53,982 nt of DNA from contig JAVWTD010000004.1 of NCBI GenBank assembly GCA_036667875.1, positions 1 to 53,982 on the forward strand, in the 5' to 3' direction. Below, piece after piece: positions 45,659-53,982 of the stretch. The notes beneath the pieces were generated by a model. That model worked only from the letters and a program-made list of their open reading frames with translations. It was not told where the DNA came from and did no database searches. Position numbers and translations under genes: made by a program. Each line of letters begins with the position of its first letter. Position 1 is the first letter of the stretch. Origin of the DNA: Bacilli bacterium (GTDB lineage Bacteria > Bacillota_I > Bacilli_A > RF39 > UBA660).

Positions 45659-46644
45659 TGGATATGGATACTGCAAATAAATTCTACCGTTTAATAAAAA
45701 ATGGAATGACTCTAAAAGATATTGAAAACAAATTAGGAATAAAAGAAGTTGAAGTAATGGGTATGATTGAATTATGTAATATCTATGGAAAACAAATTGA
45801 ATTAGTAGTAGATAATAATGAATGCTGTGTAGTTAAAAAATCAAGCATTAAAAAAACTTCAAAAGAATTAAAACCAAGTTTAGATGAATTAATTCATACT
45901 AAATTATGTATAGTTTCAGATACTCATCTAGGCAATAATCGTCAACAATTACATTTATTAAACAAAGTTTACGAAGAAGCATATAAAAGAGAGATTGACA
46001 CAGTTCTTCACTGTGGAGACCTAGTAGATGGGGATTATACCTCTGTTAGAAAAGAACAGAAAAGATTGAATTTTTTACTAGGATTTGACCAACAATGTGG
46101 ATATGTTGTTGATATGTATCCAAGTGTAAATGGAATAACTACTAAATTTATTTTAGGAAGTCATGATGAAACTCATTTTAAAAATGGAGGTGCTACTATT
46201 GAAAAGTGGTTACCAAAATGTCGTAAAGACATGATTTTTCTAGGTCAAGATACGGCTGATATAGTTATAGACAAAGTTAAAATAACAATGGATCACCCAG
46301 GAGATGGATGTGCTCAAGGATTAAGTTACAAACCTCAAAAAAGAATCGATATTCTAGAAGTTGGAGCAAAACCAAGTGTTCTATTAATTGGACATTATCA
46401 TAAAAGCTATTACTTTAATTATAGAAATGTAAATGCTTTAATTGTTCCCGCTTTATGTGATAAGACTCAATTTCAACAAAAGAAAATGTTAACAAATGTT
46501 ATGGGTGCATATTTCCTTGATATTTATTCTGATGAAAAAGGAAATATTCAATATTTTATTCCAGAAGAAATGTCATTTGGACACAATGATGTTTGGGATG
46601 AAGCAGGAAAAGATATGAAGAAAGTAAAAAGACTAAGTATTTAG
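45658..46644 (+). CDS. wHTH plus calcineurin-like metallophosphoesterase (motifs intact)
   Basis: VSDTHLG, HCGDLVDG, LGSHDETH, MDHPG and IGHYH. The start overlaps the upstream stop (TAATG). Confidence 0.7.
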   Translation: MDMDTANKFYRLIKNGMTLKDIENKLGIKEVEVMGMIELCNIYGKQIELVVDNNECCVVKKSSIKKTSKELKPSLDELIHTKLCIVSDTHLGNNRQQLHLLNKVYEEAYKREIDTVLHCGDLVDGDYTSVRKEQKRLNFLLGFDQQCGYVVDMYPSVNGITTKFILGSHDETHFKNGGATIEKWLPKCRKDMIFLGQDTADIVIDKVKITMDHPGDGCAQGLSYKPQKRIDILEVGAKPSVLLIGHYHKSYYFNYRNVNALIVPALCDKTQFQQKKMLTNVMGAYFLDIYSDEKGNIQYFIPEEMSFGHNDVWDEAGKDMKKVKRLSI

Positions 46645-46653
46645 TCTTTTTTT
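46626..46653. terminator. Strong bidirectional intrinsic terminator
   Basis: 11-bp stem AAAAAGACTAA/TTAGTCTTTTT (46626-46636/46641-46651) with loop GTAT and T/A runs on both sides. The TAG stop lies inside the stem. Confidence 0.7.
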
Positions 46654-46867
46654 ATGAAATATTTTATTTATTTTTAGTGGGACAATAAAAAAAGGGCACA
46701 AAAACTTGGGATGTTTTCATACACCTGTTATACATTAAATTAAATTAATAAAAAATTAAAGTTTCCTAGTTATCCGATTTATAATGATTAAATAAATATA
46801 ATTTGGGCCGCATTTTTATATAGATAGATTGGTCTTAATGCTTACATTTATTTAGTAGTTTAAATAA

Positions 46868-46880
46868 TATATATATATAT
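46868..46880. repeat. (TA)n microsatellite
   Basis: tatatatatatat read directly from the sequence. Confidence 0.9.
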
Positions 46881-46953
46881 TAGTAAGTTGAATTTTGGGC
46901 TAATTCATCTTATTTTGATAAGTAAAATCTTGGGCTATCTTACTTATACTTTC

Positions 46954-46981
46954 ATTATACCATTTAAATTATATTAATCAA
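46954..46981 (-). promoter_or_regulatory. Sigma-A-type promoter with extended -10 (TTGATT-16-TGgTATAAT)
   Basis: Minus-strand TTGATT = 46981-46976 and TGGTATAAT = 46962-46954. It lies 29 nt downstream of the xseB stop. Confidence 0.4.
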
Positions 46982-47009
46982 CATATATTTACAAATTTTT
47001 ACATTTTAC

Positions 47010-47228
47010 TTATGATAATTCAAAATCTTTAAGTTCGCCGTCTTTTGAAACAATCTTTGTTATTTTTTCTTCAGCATCTTTTAATTCAATGTCACATTCT
47101 TTAATTAATTTCATTGCTTCAGTATATTTGTTTATTGAATCATCTAAATTTATTTCATCAAGTTCTAATTCTGCTACAATTTTTTCTAATATTTTCATTT
47201 TTTCTTCAAATTTCATATTATTCACCAT
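47010..47228 (-). CDS. xseB: Exodeoxyribonuclease VII small subunit
   Basis: FEEKMKILEKIVAELE...L.DSINKY.EAMKL. It lies immediately after xseA. An alternative ATG at 47216 has a GGTGA SD. Confidence 0.85.
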   Translation of the reverse strand: MVNNMKFEEKMKILEKIVAELELDEINLDDSINKYTEAMKLIKECDIELKDAEEKITKIVSKDGELKDFELS

Positions 47229-48555
47229 TTTTCCTTTTTACTTCTGCTTCTATATTGCCGTTAGATAATTTTACTTTAATTAAATCGTTTATTTTAACTT
47301 CATCAATACTTCCTAATACTTTATTTCCTATATAAGTTATACTATAACCTCTTTTTAGGATTGATATAGGGTTTAGTATTTCTAATTTATCCATTAATTG
47401 ATTGAAGTTATTTTTTGTTATTTTTAATTTATGACTTAACAATAAATTCAACTTATTTTTGCTTGTTTCAATAAATGTTTTGTTTTTAATTATTTTGTTA
47501 ATGGGATTTAAGTATTCCATTTGTTTATTTAAATTTAATACATTATTTATTGAGTTATCAAGTTTTTGTTTTAAAAGGGTTATTAGTTTTTCATTTAATA
47601 AATCTAATTTTTGTAGTTTATTATCAATAATTAATCTAGGATTTTTTATAACAAATGAATTTTTAATGTTATTAATTTTTAATTTATTAATGTTAAATTT
47701 TCGGTTCATGCTTTCATTTGTTCTTATATTTATTTGATTTAAATATTTTATTAAATCTATTAAGTTTGGTACGGCCTTTTCTGCTGCTCCTGTTGGAGTC
47801 TCAGCTCTGTAGTCTGCTACAAAGTCTGCTATTGTAAAGTCAACTTCATGTCCTGTTCCGCTTATAACGGGTATTCTACAGTTATAAATTGCTCTTGCTA
47901 CTATTTCTTCGTTAAAAGGCCAAAGGTCTTCAATTGACCCCCCACCTCGTCCTACTATGAGGATATCAAGGTTATAATTATTAGCAAGTTCAATGTTTCT
48001 TACAATATCAGTAGCAGCTCTTTCTCCTTGAACTAAACTTGGTAGAATTATTATTTCGGCTATTTTATAACGCCTTTTTATTGTTGATATTATATCTTTA
48101 ATTGCTGCTCCTGTAGGAGCTGTTATAACTCCAATTCTTTTTGGGAATTTGGGTATAGGCACTTTATGAGCCGGATCAAATAATCCTTCTTTTTTTAAAT
48201 CTTCTTTTAATTTCTCAAAAGCTATATAAAGGTTCCCTACTCCATCTTCAAGCATTTCTTCAATATATATTTGATAATTACCAGTTGATTCAAAAAGACT
48301 AATGTGCCCCATTACTAAAACTTTTGTTCCATCAGTTGGTTTAAACTTTAACTTTTTAGCATTTGTGCTAAACATTATTGCATTAATTTTAGATTTATCA
48401 TCTTTTAAGGAAAAATACATATGACCTGTAGAATGTCCCTTAAAATTAGATATTTCTCCCTTCAAAAAAACACATTTTAAGTGCTTATCCGAATCAAATT
48501 TATACTTTAAATATTTTGTTAATGAACTTATTGTTAGGTACTCTTTTTCTTTCAT
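47218..48555 (-). CDS. xseA: Exodeoxyribonuclease VII large subunit
   Basis: OB-fold N-terminus GEISNFK.HSTGHMYFSLKD, a GVITAPTGAAIKD core and a long helical C-terminus. Confidence 0.92.
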   Translation of the reverse strand: MKEKEYLTISSLTKYLKYKFDSDKHLKCVFLKGEISNFKGHSTGHMYFSLKDDKSKINAIMFSTNAKKLKFKPTDGTKVLVMGHISLFESTGNYQIYIEEMLEDGVGNLYIAFEKLKEDLKKEGLFDPAHKVPIPKFPKRIGVITAPTGAAIKDIISTIKRRYKIAEIIILPSLVQGERAATDIVRNIELANNYNLDILIVGRGGGSIEDLWPFNEEIVARAIYNCRIPVISGTGHEVDFTIADFVADYRAETPTGAAEKAVPNLIDLIKYLNQINIRTNESMNRKFNINKLKINNIKNSFVIKNPRLIIDNKLQKLDLLNEKLITLLKQKLDNSINNVLNLNKQMEYLNPINKIIKNKTFIETSKNKLNLLLSHKLKITKNNFNQLMDKLEILNPISILKRGYSITYIGNKVLGSIDEVKINDLIKVKLSNGNIEAEVKRKNGE

Positions 48556-48563
48556 AAGACCTC

Positions 48564-48965
48564 CTATTTTTGATGATAAACTTTGTCTAATACTCCATTA
48601 ATCATTTTTCTTACTTCGTCATCACTATATACTTTAGCAAGTTCTATTGCTTCATTGATAGCAACAATTTCTGGTGTTTTTGTATATGTTAATTCATATA
48701 TACCCATTCTTAAAATAGCTTGATCAGTATTTCCTAATCTATTTATTTTCCAACCATTTAAGTATTTATTTGCTAATTCATCTATTTCATTACGATATGT
48801 AATTACTCCATATACTACTTCTTTTACAAACTCATTGTCTATTTCTGATGTTTCTTTTATTACTTCATTAATATCATATTCAATTTTATTGTTATCATAA
48901 ACATTTAGTTGATAAAGAATTGTCATTATTTTTTTTCTTAATTCACTTCTATTCATTTGTTCCAT
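48564..48965 (-). CDS. nusB: Transcription antitermination factor NusB
   Basis: [14 protein letters not shown]...[10 protein letters not shown]...INEAIELAK. Confidence 0.9.
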   Translation of the reverse strand: MEQMNRSELRKKIMTILYQLNVYDNNKIEYDINEVIKETSEIDNEFVKEVVYGVITYRNEIDELANKYLNGWKINRLGNTDQAILRMGIYELTYTKTPEIVAINEAIELAKVYSDDEVRKMINGVLDKVYHQK

Positions 48966-49016
48966 CTAAAAATCACCTCTAATCATTATAGCATATAAAC
49001 TTTAAAATAAAATATT

Positions 49017-49403
49017 TTATATATATTTTTCAGCTTTTCCTTCATAAATTTTAATTATTGTTGCTATAGAAAGATAGAAAAACATTACTAATAATAATAT
49101 CCATCCTATAATAGGGACAATAAATAAAACTATCCATACATAAGGTGAAAGATATAATTCTTTTCCAGATACTTCAAGTTTAAATGCTACTTGACAAGTC
49201 ATTTGAATTAGTAAAACCATTGCCATTATAGCAAGAGGAAATCCACAGCAAAGAGCTCCTAGAATCCAATTTTTATAATTTGCATACCATGCATTTTTAT
49301 CAAAACAATTTAATAAAGCTGCTAATACTAATACTGAAGTTCCACCTGTAAATAATTGAAGTAGTAACCAAACCCACCAATTTTCTTTTTTTATTATTTC
49401 CAT
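49017..49403 (-). CDS. Four-TM membrane protein (hypothetical)
   Basis: Hydrophobic 128-aa ORF between dxs and nusB. Confidence 0.5.
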   Translation of the reverse strand: MEIIKKENWWVWLLLQLFTGGTSVLVLAALLNCFDKNAWYANYKNWILGALCCGFPLAIMAMVLLIQMTCQVAFKLEVSGKELYLSPYVWIVLFIVPIIGWILLLVMFFYLSIATIIKIYEGKAEKYI

Positions 49404-49427
49404 TAAACATACCTCCCTTATTATGTA

Positions 49428-51278
49428 TTATATCATATTCTTAATCTTTTTAGATATACTTTTATAATCTAGTTCTAAAAACTCTAAAATTTTATCAGTA
49501 TTACCTTGTTTTACAAATATATCGTTTACAGCAAATATTTTCATCTTTGGAGTATAACCATTATTAATTGCATAAGTACTTAAAATACTTCCTAAAGAAC
49601 CCGTTAAAGAACTTTCTTCATATATAAATATGGGCGTATTTAAATTTAGAATTTCTTTAAACATTTTTATATCAAATGGCTTTATAAATCGTGAATTAAC
49701 TACATTAAGGTCTAATTCTTCTCCAATTAGAAGGGCAGTATTTAAGAAATCTCCATAAGAAATAATTGTTCCTTTTGTTCCTACCTTTAGTTTGTCCCAT
49801 TTTCCTATTTCTAATAATTTATAGTCTTCATATTTATATTCTATTTTAGCCCTTGAATACCTTATAGCTACAGGATGATTAATATTAAAGGCAGTGTAAA
49901 GCATGTTGCCAGCCTCAACAGAATTTGATGGAGCCATTATAATCATATTAGGTATATGACTTAAAAGGGCTATATCGTAAATACCTTGATGAGTCTCTCC
50001 ATCATCTCCAACAATACCTGCTCTATCTATACCAATAACAACATTTGTATCCATTCTTGCAATATCTTGATTTATTTGATCATATCCTCTTTGAAGAAAA
50101 GTTGAATAAATTGAAACAAATGGTTTTTTTCCAGATAAGGCAATTGCATTTGCTAAAACTAAAGCATGTTCTTCTGCTATTCCTACATCAATAAAATGTT
50201 TAGGATATTTTTCTTTAAATTTATTTAATTTTGAGCCATTAGCCATAGCGGGTGTAATTGCTATTATTTTATTGTTTAATTCTTTTATATTTATTAAATG
50301 ATTAGATATTATCTCACTCCATGATGTAAGATTATCTTTCTTTTTAAGTACTTTCCCTGTTTCTTTATCAAAAGGTGCAATTCCATGCCACACTCCTTCA
50401 ATATCTTCTTCAGCATATTTATATCCTTTTCCTTTTTCAGTTATAACATGAAGAAGAACAGGTCTTTGTCTTTTTTTTGCTAATTCTAAATATAGAAGCA
50501 TTTCATCGTAATCGTGCCCATTTATTGGTCCAAAGTAATCAAGACCAAGTTCTTCAAAAAGATATCCTTCTTTCATATAAATTTTTTTGAATGATTCTTT
50601 TATTAGTTTTAATCCGGTTCCTACTTTTTTGCCGAGATATGGAATTTTTCCAATGACTCCTTTTGTATCTGTTTTAGCAATTTCATATTTATAGTTTGTT
50701 CTTATTTTATCTAATGTATTATGAATGGCTCCAACATTTTTAGATATACTCATTTCATTATCATTTAGAATTACAATTAGTTTAGTATTAAGTGAACCAA
50801 TGTGGTTTAATGCTTCATACGCTAGACCATTACCTATTGAACCATCTCCAATTACTGCTATTATATTGTTTTTCTTTTTGTCTAAATCTCTTGAAATGGC
50901 AAAACCAAGACAAGCACTTAGACTAGTAGATGAGTGACCTGCTTCATAGGAATCATGTGGGGATTCATTTCTTTTTTGAAATCCAGATAAACCATTAAAT
51001 TGTCTTAGCGTATCAAATTTATTAGCTCTTCCTGTAAGTATTTTATGGGTATAGGCTTGGTGTCCTACGTCAAAAATTATCTTATCTTTTGGGCTATCAA
51101 ATGTTTTATGGATAGCTATTGTTAAATCAACAATTCCAAGATTTGAAGATAGATGACCTCCTGTTTTGGAAATACTATCTATTAGAAATTTTCTTATATT
51201 TTTTGCTAGTTCTTCTAGTTCTTCTTTTTTTAATTTCTTTAAAAATTTAGGGTCTTTTATTTCTTCTATTTTCATCAT
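49428..51278 (-). CDS. dxs: 1-deoxy-D-xylulose-5-phosphate synthase
   Basis: GGHLSSNLG, GHSSTSLSA, IGDGS...NDN and transketolase C-terminal domains. Confidence 0.95.
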   Translation of the reverse strand: MMKIEEIKDPKFLKKLKKEELEELAKNIRKFLIDSISKTGGHLSSNLGIVDLTIAIHKTFDSPKDKIIFDVGHQAYTHKILTGRANKFDTLRQFNGLSGFQKRNESPHDSYEAGHSSTSLSACLGFAISRDLDKKKNNIIAVIGDGSIGNGLAYEALNHIGSLNTKLIVILNDNEMSISKNVGAIHNTLDKIRTNYKYEIAKTDTKGVIGKIPYLGKKVGTGLKLIKESFKKIYMKEGYLFEELGLDYFGPINGHDYDEMLLYLELAKKRQRPVLLHVITEKGKGYKYAEEDIEGVWHGIAPFDKETGKVLKKKDNLTSWSEIISNHLINIKELNNKIIAITPAMANGSKLNKFKEKYPKHFIDVGIAEEHALVLANAIALSGKKPFVSIYSTFLQRGYDQINQDIARMDTNVVIGIDRAGIVGDDGETHQGIYDIALLSHIPNMIIMAPSNSVEAGNMLYTAFNINHPVAIRYSRAKIEYKYEDYKLLEIGKWDKLKVGTKGTIISYGDFLNTALLIGEELDLNVVNSRFIKPFDIKMFKEILNLNTPIFIYEESSLTGSLGSILSTYAINNGYTPKMKIFAVNDIFVKQGNTDKILEFLELDYKSISKKIKNMI

Positions 51279-53791
51279 TTACCTGCTTTATTTTGTAATT
51301 TGTATAATACATTAAGTGCTTCAAATGGGGTAGTATTCATTAAATCTAATTTTTTAATTTCTTCTTCTACTTCGTTTGGTACATCTAAAGGTAGTGCTTC
51401 TTGTATTAATATGTCTCTTTTATTTTCTTTATTTTCGTATATTTTTAATATTTCATCTGCTCTTTTTATTAGGCTATCTGGTAGGTTAGCAAGTTTAGCA
51501 ACATGAATTCCATAACTTTTTGACACACTACCGTCTTTAATTTTATGTAAAAATGTTATGTTACCTTCTTCTTCGTATGCACTAACATGAATATTTTTAA
51601 GTCCTTTTAATGTTTTATCTAGGTCTGTTAATTCATGATAATGGGTTGAAAAGAATGTTCTTGCTCCTATATTTTTATTAATATATTCTATTATTGATTG
51701 TGCTAGCGACATGCCATCAAATGTGGCTGTTCCTCTTCCTAGTTCATCAAATAATATTAAACTATTTTTTGTTGCATTTTTTATAGCGTAGTTTGCTTCT
51801 AGCATTTCAACCATAAATGTTGATTCTCCACTTACTAAATCATCTGATGCTCCAATTCTTGTGTATATTGCATCAAAAAGTGGAATAACTGCTTTTTCTG
51901 CTGGTACAAAACAACCTATTTGAGCCATAATTGATGTAATTGCTATTTGACGCATAAAAGTACTTTTCCCTGCCATATTTGGTCCAGTTATGAGAAGAAT
52001 ATTAGTATCTTTGTCCATTTTTATATCGTTTGGTACAAATTCTTTTTCAAGAACTTTTTCAACTACAGGGTGTCTATTATTTTTAACGTCAATAATATCT
52101 CCTAGAATTGGTCTAACATAGTTATTTTCTTCTGTAACTGTTGCAAAAGATTGCAGAACATCTACTTCACTTATTATTTTGGATATGTTTTGTAGTTTAG
52201 GGATAAATTCTTTTATTTTTTCTCTTATAGAAACAAACAAATTATATTCAAGTTCAATAATTCTTTCTTCAGCGTTTAAAATTAGGGCTTCTTTTTCTTT
52301 TAGAATAGGACTTATATATCTTTCACAATTAGATAGAGTTTGTCTTCTTTCATATCCATATTCTTCTTTAACAAGTCCTATATTTCCTTTTGAAACTTCA
52401 ATATAATAACCAAAAACTTTATTAAATCCTATTTTTAAATTTTTAATTCCCGTTCTTTCTTTTTCACTTGCTTCAAAAGCAGCAACAAAATCTTTGCCGC
52501 CTTTTCTTAAACTTTTGAGTAAATCAAGTTCTTCATTATATCCTTCTTTTATTAAATATCCTTCTTTGACTGCAACTGGAGGATTTTCATAAATACTATT
52601 TAGTAAAATTTCATATAAATTGTCTAGCGGTTCTAATTTTTTATAGAATTTTATGCTTTCTAATAAGTCTTTTATAGCGGGCATTACTTTTAGTGAATTT
52701 CTGAGTTGGATTAAATCTCTAGCGTTTGCACTTCCAAAGGCTATTCTTCCACTTAATCTTTCTAAATCATAGACCTCATCTAGTAAATCTTGTAAGTCAA
52801 TTCTTGTTAAGAATTCTTTTAATAAAATTTGAACCATATCATATCTTTTTTCAATAACTTGTTTATTTACTAATGGATTTTCTATAAAGTTCTTAAGCAT
52901 TCTAGCACCACTAGCGGTTTTTGTCTTATCAAGAAGCCATAGAAGAGAATAAGTTCTTTCTTTTAGTCTTAAAGTTTCAGTTAATTCAAGATTTCTTTTG
53001 GTATGGATATCCATTTTCATTGTTTCATTAAATTCAATTATTTTTGCTTCTTGCAAGTGAGACAAATAACTCATTTGGGTTTCAAAAATATATGTTAAAA
53101 GATGGTTAATGGTTGTGATAAGACGCATGTCTCCTACATTTTTTGTAACTCCATTATATTCTTTAAATGATTTTATATCATCTCTTATAGTTACTATTAT
53201 GGAATAATTATTTTTTAATTTATTTATTATTTCTTTTTCTGTTTCAGAATTAGTAATTATTTCTTTTATTTTAAATGATAAGATTCGACTGATTATTTCT
53301 TCTTTTGGAATAATACAGGTATATATTTCACCTGTAGAAATATCACAGTAACTAACAGCATATTCTTCATTAAATGGTATTATGCTTCCAATATAATTAT
53401 TTTCATTATCTTTTAAAGACTCACTATTCATGACTGTTCCTATTGAAACTATTCGAGTAAGCCCACGCTCTACAATTCCCTTTGAACTTGAAGGATCTTC
53501 AAGTTGTTCACAGATTCCTACTTTATATCCTTTTTCTACTAGTCTTTCAATATATATGTTTGATGCATGATGTGGAACTCCACACATTGGAATTTTTTCT
53601 TCAAGTCCAGCACTCTTTCCTGTTAGAGTTAATTCAAGTTCTCTTGATACATTTATTGCGTCTTCAAAAAACATTTCATAAAAATCTCCAAGTCTAAAAA
53701 AGATAATAATATCTTCATTTTTGTTTTTTATTTCTAGGTATTGTTTCATCATTGGAGTTACTTTTGACATATCTACTTCGTTTCTTTTCAT
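51275..53791 (-). CDS. mutS: DNA mismatch repair protein MutS
   Basis: TPMMKQYLEIK, FYEMFFEDA, Walker A TGPNMAGKST and DELGRGT. AAGGGGGA precedes the ATG at 53791. Confidence 0.95.
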   Translation of the reverse strand: MKRNEVDMSKVTPMMKQYLEIKNKNEDIIIFFRLGDFYEMFFEDAINVSRELELTLTGKSAGLEEKIPMCGVPHHASNIYIERLVEKGYKVGICEQLEDPSSSKGIVERGLTRIVSIGTVMNSESLKDNENNYIGSIIPFNEEYAVSYCDISTGEIYTCIIPKEEIISRILSFKIKEIITNSETEKEIINKLKNNYSIIVTIRDDIKSFKEYNGVTKNVGDMRLITTINHLLTYIFETQMSYLSHLQEAKIIEFNETMKMDIHTKRNLELTETLRLKERTYSLLWLLDKTKTASGARMLKNFIENPLVNKQVIEKRYDMVQILLKEFLTRIDLQDLLDEVYDLERLSGRIAFGSANARDLIQLRNSLKVMPAIKDLLESIKFYKKLEPLDNLYEILLNSIYENPPVAVKEGYLIKEGYNEELDLLKSLRKGGKDFVAAFEASEKERTGIKNLKIGFNKVFGYYIEVSKGNIGLVKEEYGYERRQTLSNCERYISPILKEKEALILNAEERIIELEYNLFVSIREKIKEFIPKLQNISKIISEVDVLQSFATVTEENNYVRPILGDIIDVKNNRHPVVEKVLEKEFVPNDIKMDKDTNILLITGPNMAGKSTFMRQIAITSIMAQIGCFVPAEKAVIPLFDAIYTRIGASDDLVSGESTFMVEMLEANYAIKNATKNSLILFDELGRGTATFDGMSLAQSIIEYINKNIGARTFFSTHYHELTDLDKTLKGLKNIHVSAYEEEGNITFLHKIKDGSVSKSYGIHVAKLANLPDSLIKRADEILKIYENKENKRDILIQEALPLDVPNEVEEEIKKLDLMNTTPFEALNVLYKLQNKAGK

Positions 53792-53858
53792 TTTAAATCC
53801 CCCTTTGTATATTTTAACATATTTTCTCCTAATTTATAAAAGAAAATTATAAGCATTT

Positions 53859-53888
53859 AAAAAGGTCTAACTTAAATTGTTAGTCCTT
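53859..53888 (-). terminator. Probable terminator after the right-edge gene
   Basis: Minus-strand AAGGACUAAC-AAUUUAA-GUUAGACCUU (one mismatch), then UUUUAAA. Confidence 0.4.
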
Positions 53889-53982
53889 CTTTTTATAGTT
53901 TTTTAAATAATTTAGTGCTTCATCAAGTGTTTCTACTCCTATTATTTTAATTTTATATTTATTTTTCTTTTTTTCTTTCATT
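53880..53982 (-). CDS. 3' end of a CDS entering from the right edge (...KIKIIGVETLDEALNYLKNYKKKD); the tail resembles S16/Lon-like peptidase C-termini
   Basis: Open frame from the window edge to the TAA at 53882-53880. The family call is only a guess from the V.TLDEAL..L ending. Confidence 0.25.
   Translation of the reverse strand, partial: MKEKKKNKYKIKIIGVETLDEALNYLKNYKKKD

Larger units (their letters stand above)
46626..46948 (-). ncRNA. Candidate ~320-nt non-coding RNA with repeated CCCAA-containing hairpin loops
   Basis: Promoter TTGATT-16-TGgTATAAT lies just upstream. There are three hairpins with loops AGCCCAA, AUCCCAA and GAUAGCCCAAGAUU. No credible ORF. It ends at the bidirectional terminator. 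The strand assignment rests only on the promoter match. Confidence 0.3.

Noticed and set aside
46701-46717. CsrA-type binding hairpin: the loop CUUGGGAUGU resembles the GGA-in-loop consensus.
   Set aside because: Only this one loop contains GGA. The other copies read GGGC, so the shared motif is TTGGG(C/A), not a CsrA site.
46857-46888. dif-like XerCD site: AGTTTAAATAA-(TA)n-TATTAGTAAGT resembles the reverse complement of B. subtilis dif (AGTTTACATAA-TATATA-TTCTAGGAAGT), and it lies in a convergent intergenic region.
   Set aside because: The central spacer would be ~10 nt instead of 6, and the putative XerC arm matches only ~8 of 11 positions. Gene orientation does not switch here (minus-strand genes on both sides), so this is not a terminus. 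In such AT-rich DNA the resemblance is probably chance.
46889-46947. Possible degenerate CRISPR remnant, because of a repeated ~28-bp unit.
   Set aside because: There are only two imperfect copies with a 34-bp period, no spacer-sized unique segments, and no cas genes in the window.

Overview
Very AT-rich chromosomal segment (roughly a quarter G+C by eye, not computed) from an endospore-forming Bacillota, standard genetic code. All product calls rest on motif recognition from memory; no database search was possible. About 60 CDS are supported and all but three (glmS and a two-gene phosphoesterase pair) lie on the minus strand. Content in minus-strand transcription order: mutS-dxs, a membrane protein, nusB-xseA-xseB; a 365-bp ORF-free structured spacer; a plus-strand pair of HTH-metallophosphoesterase paralogues; spoIVB, a PD-(D/E)XK nuclease, a divergent maf, and a SWIM protein/150-aa protein/CNNM-CBS/membrane protein operon; a VanY-C26 fusion peptidase; glmS with its ribozyme; a PdaC-like deacetylase; a response regulator/kinase/ABC (FtsX-type) module; GT2 and nucleotidyltransferase genes; the distal dcw block murG-murB-divIB-ftsA-ftsZ followed by spoIIGA-sigE; three small membrane proteins; nagB-DUF1846-hdeD; tsaC; a roughly 6-kb stretch of uncharacterised genes (coiled-coil, HExxH, LRR and Lys-rich proteins); yaiI-GT2-flippase-like genes; sigG, ymxH-like, and apbE/NusG-II/Gx-transporter genes; and an XRE-type regulator. 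No rRNA, tRNA, CRISPR array, transposase or integrase was seen. The only confidently named RNA element is the glmS ribozyme. Best candidates for undescribed biology: (1) the translationally coupled pair of wHTH-metallophosphoesterases, one with intact and one with fully degenerated catalytic motifs; (2) the adjacent ORF-free spacer, where three hairpins display the same TTGGG(C/A)T (minus strand: A(G/U)CCCAA) heptamer in their loops, with its own promoter and terminator; (3) the cytosolic LRR/HExxH/coiled-coil island; (4) the VanY-C26 fusion; (5) unusual sporulation-sigma features: a nearly pro-less sigma-E with a short SpoIIGA, sigG separated from sigE, and an RBS-sequestering hairpin at sigG. 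Coordinates of starts, promoters and hairpins were derived by hand and may be off by a few nt.
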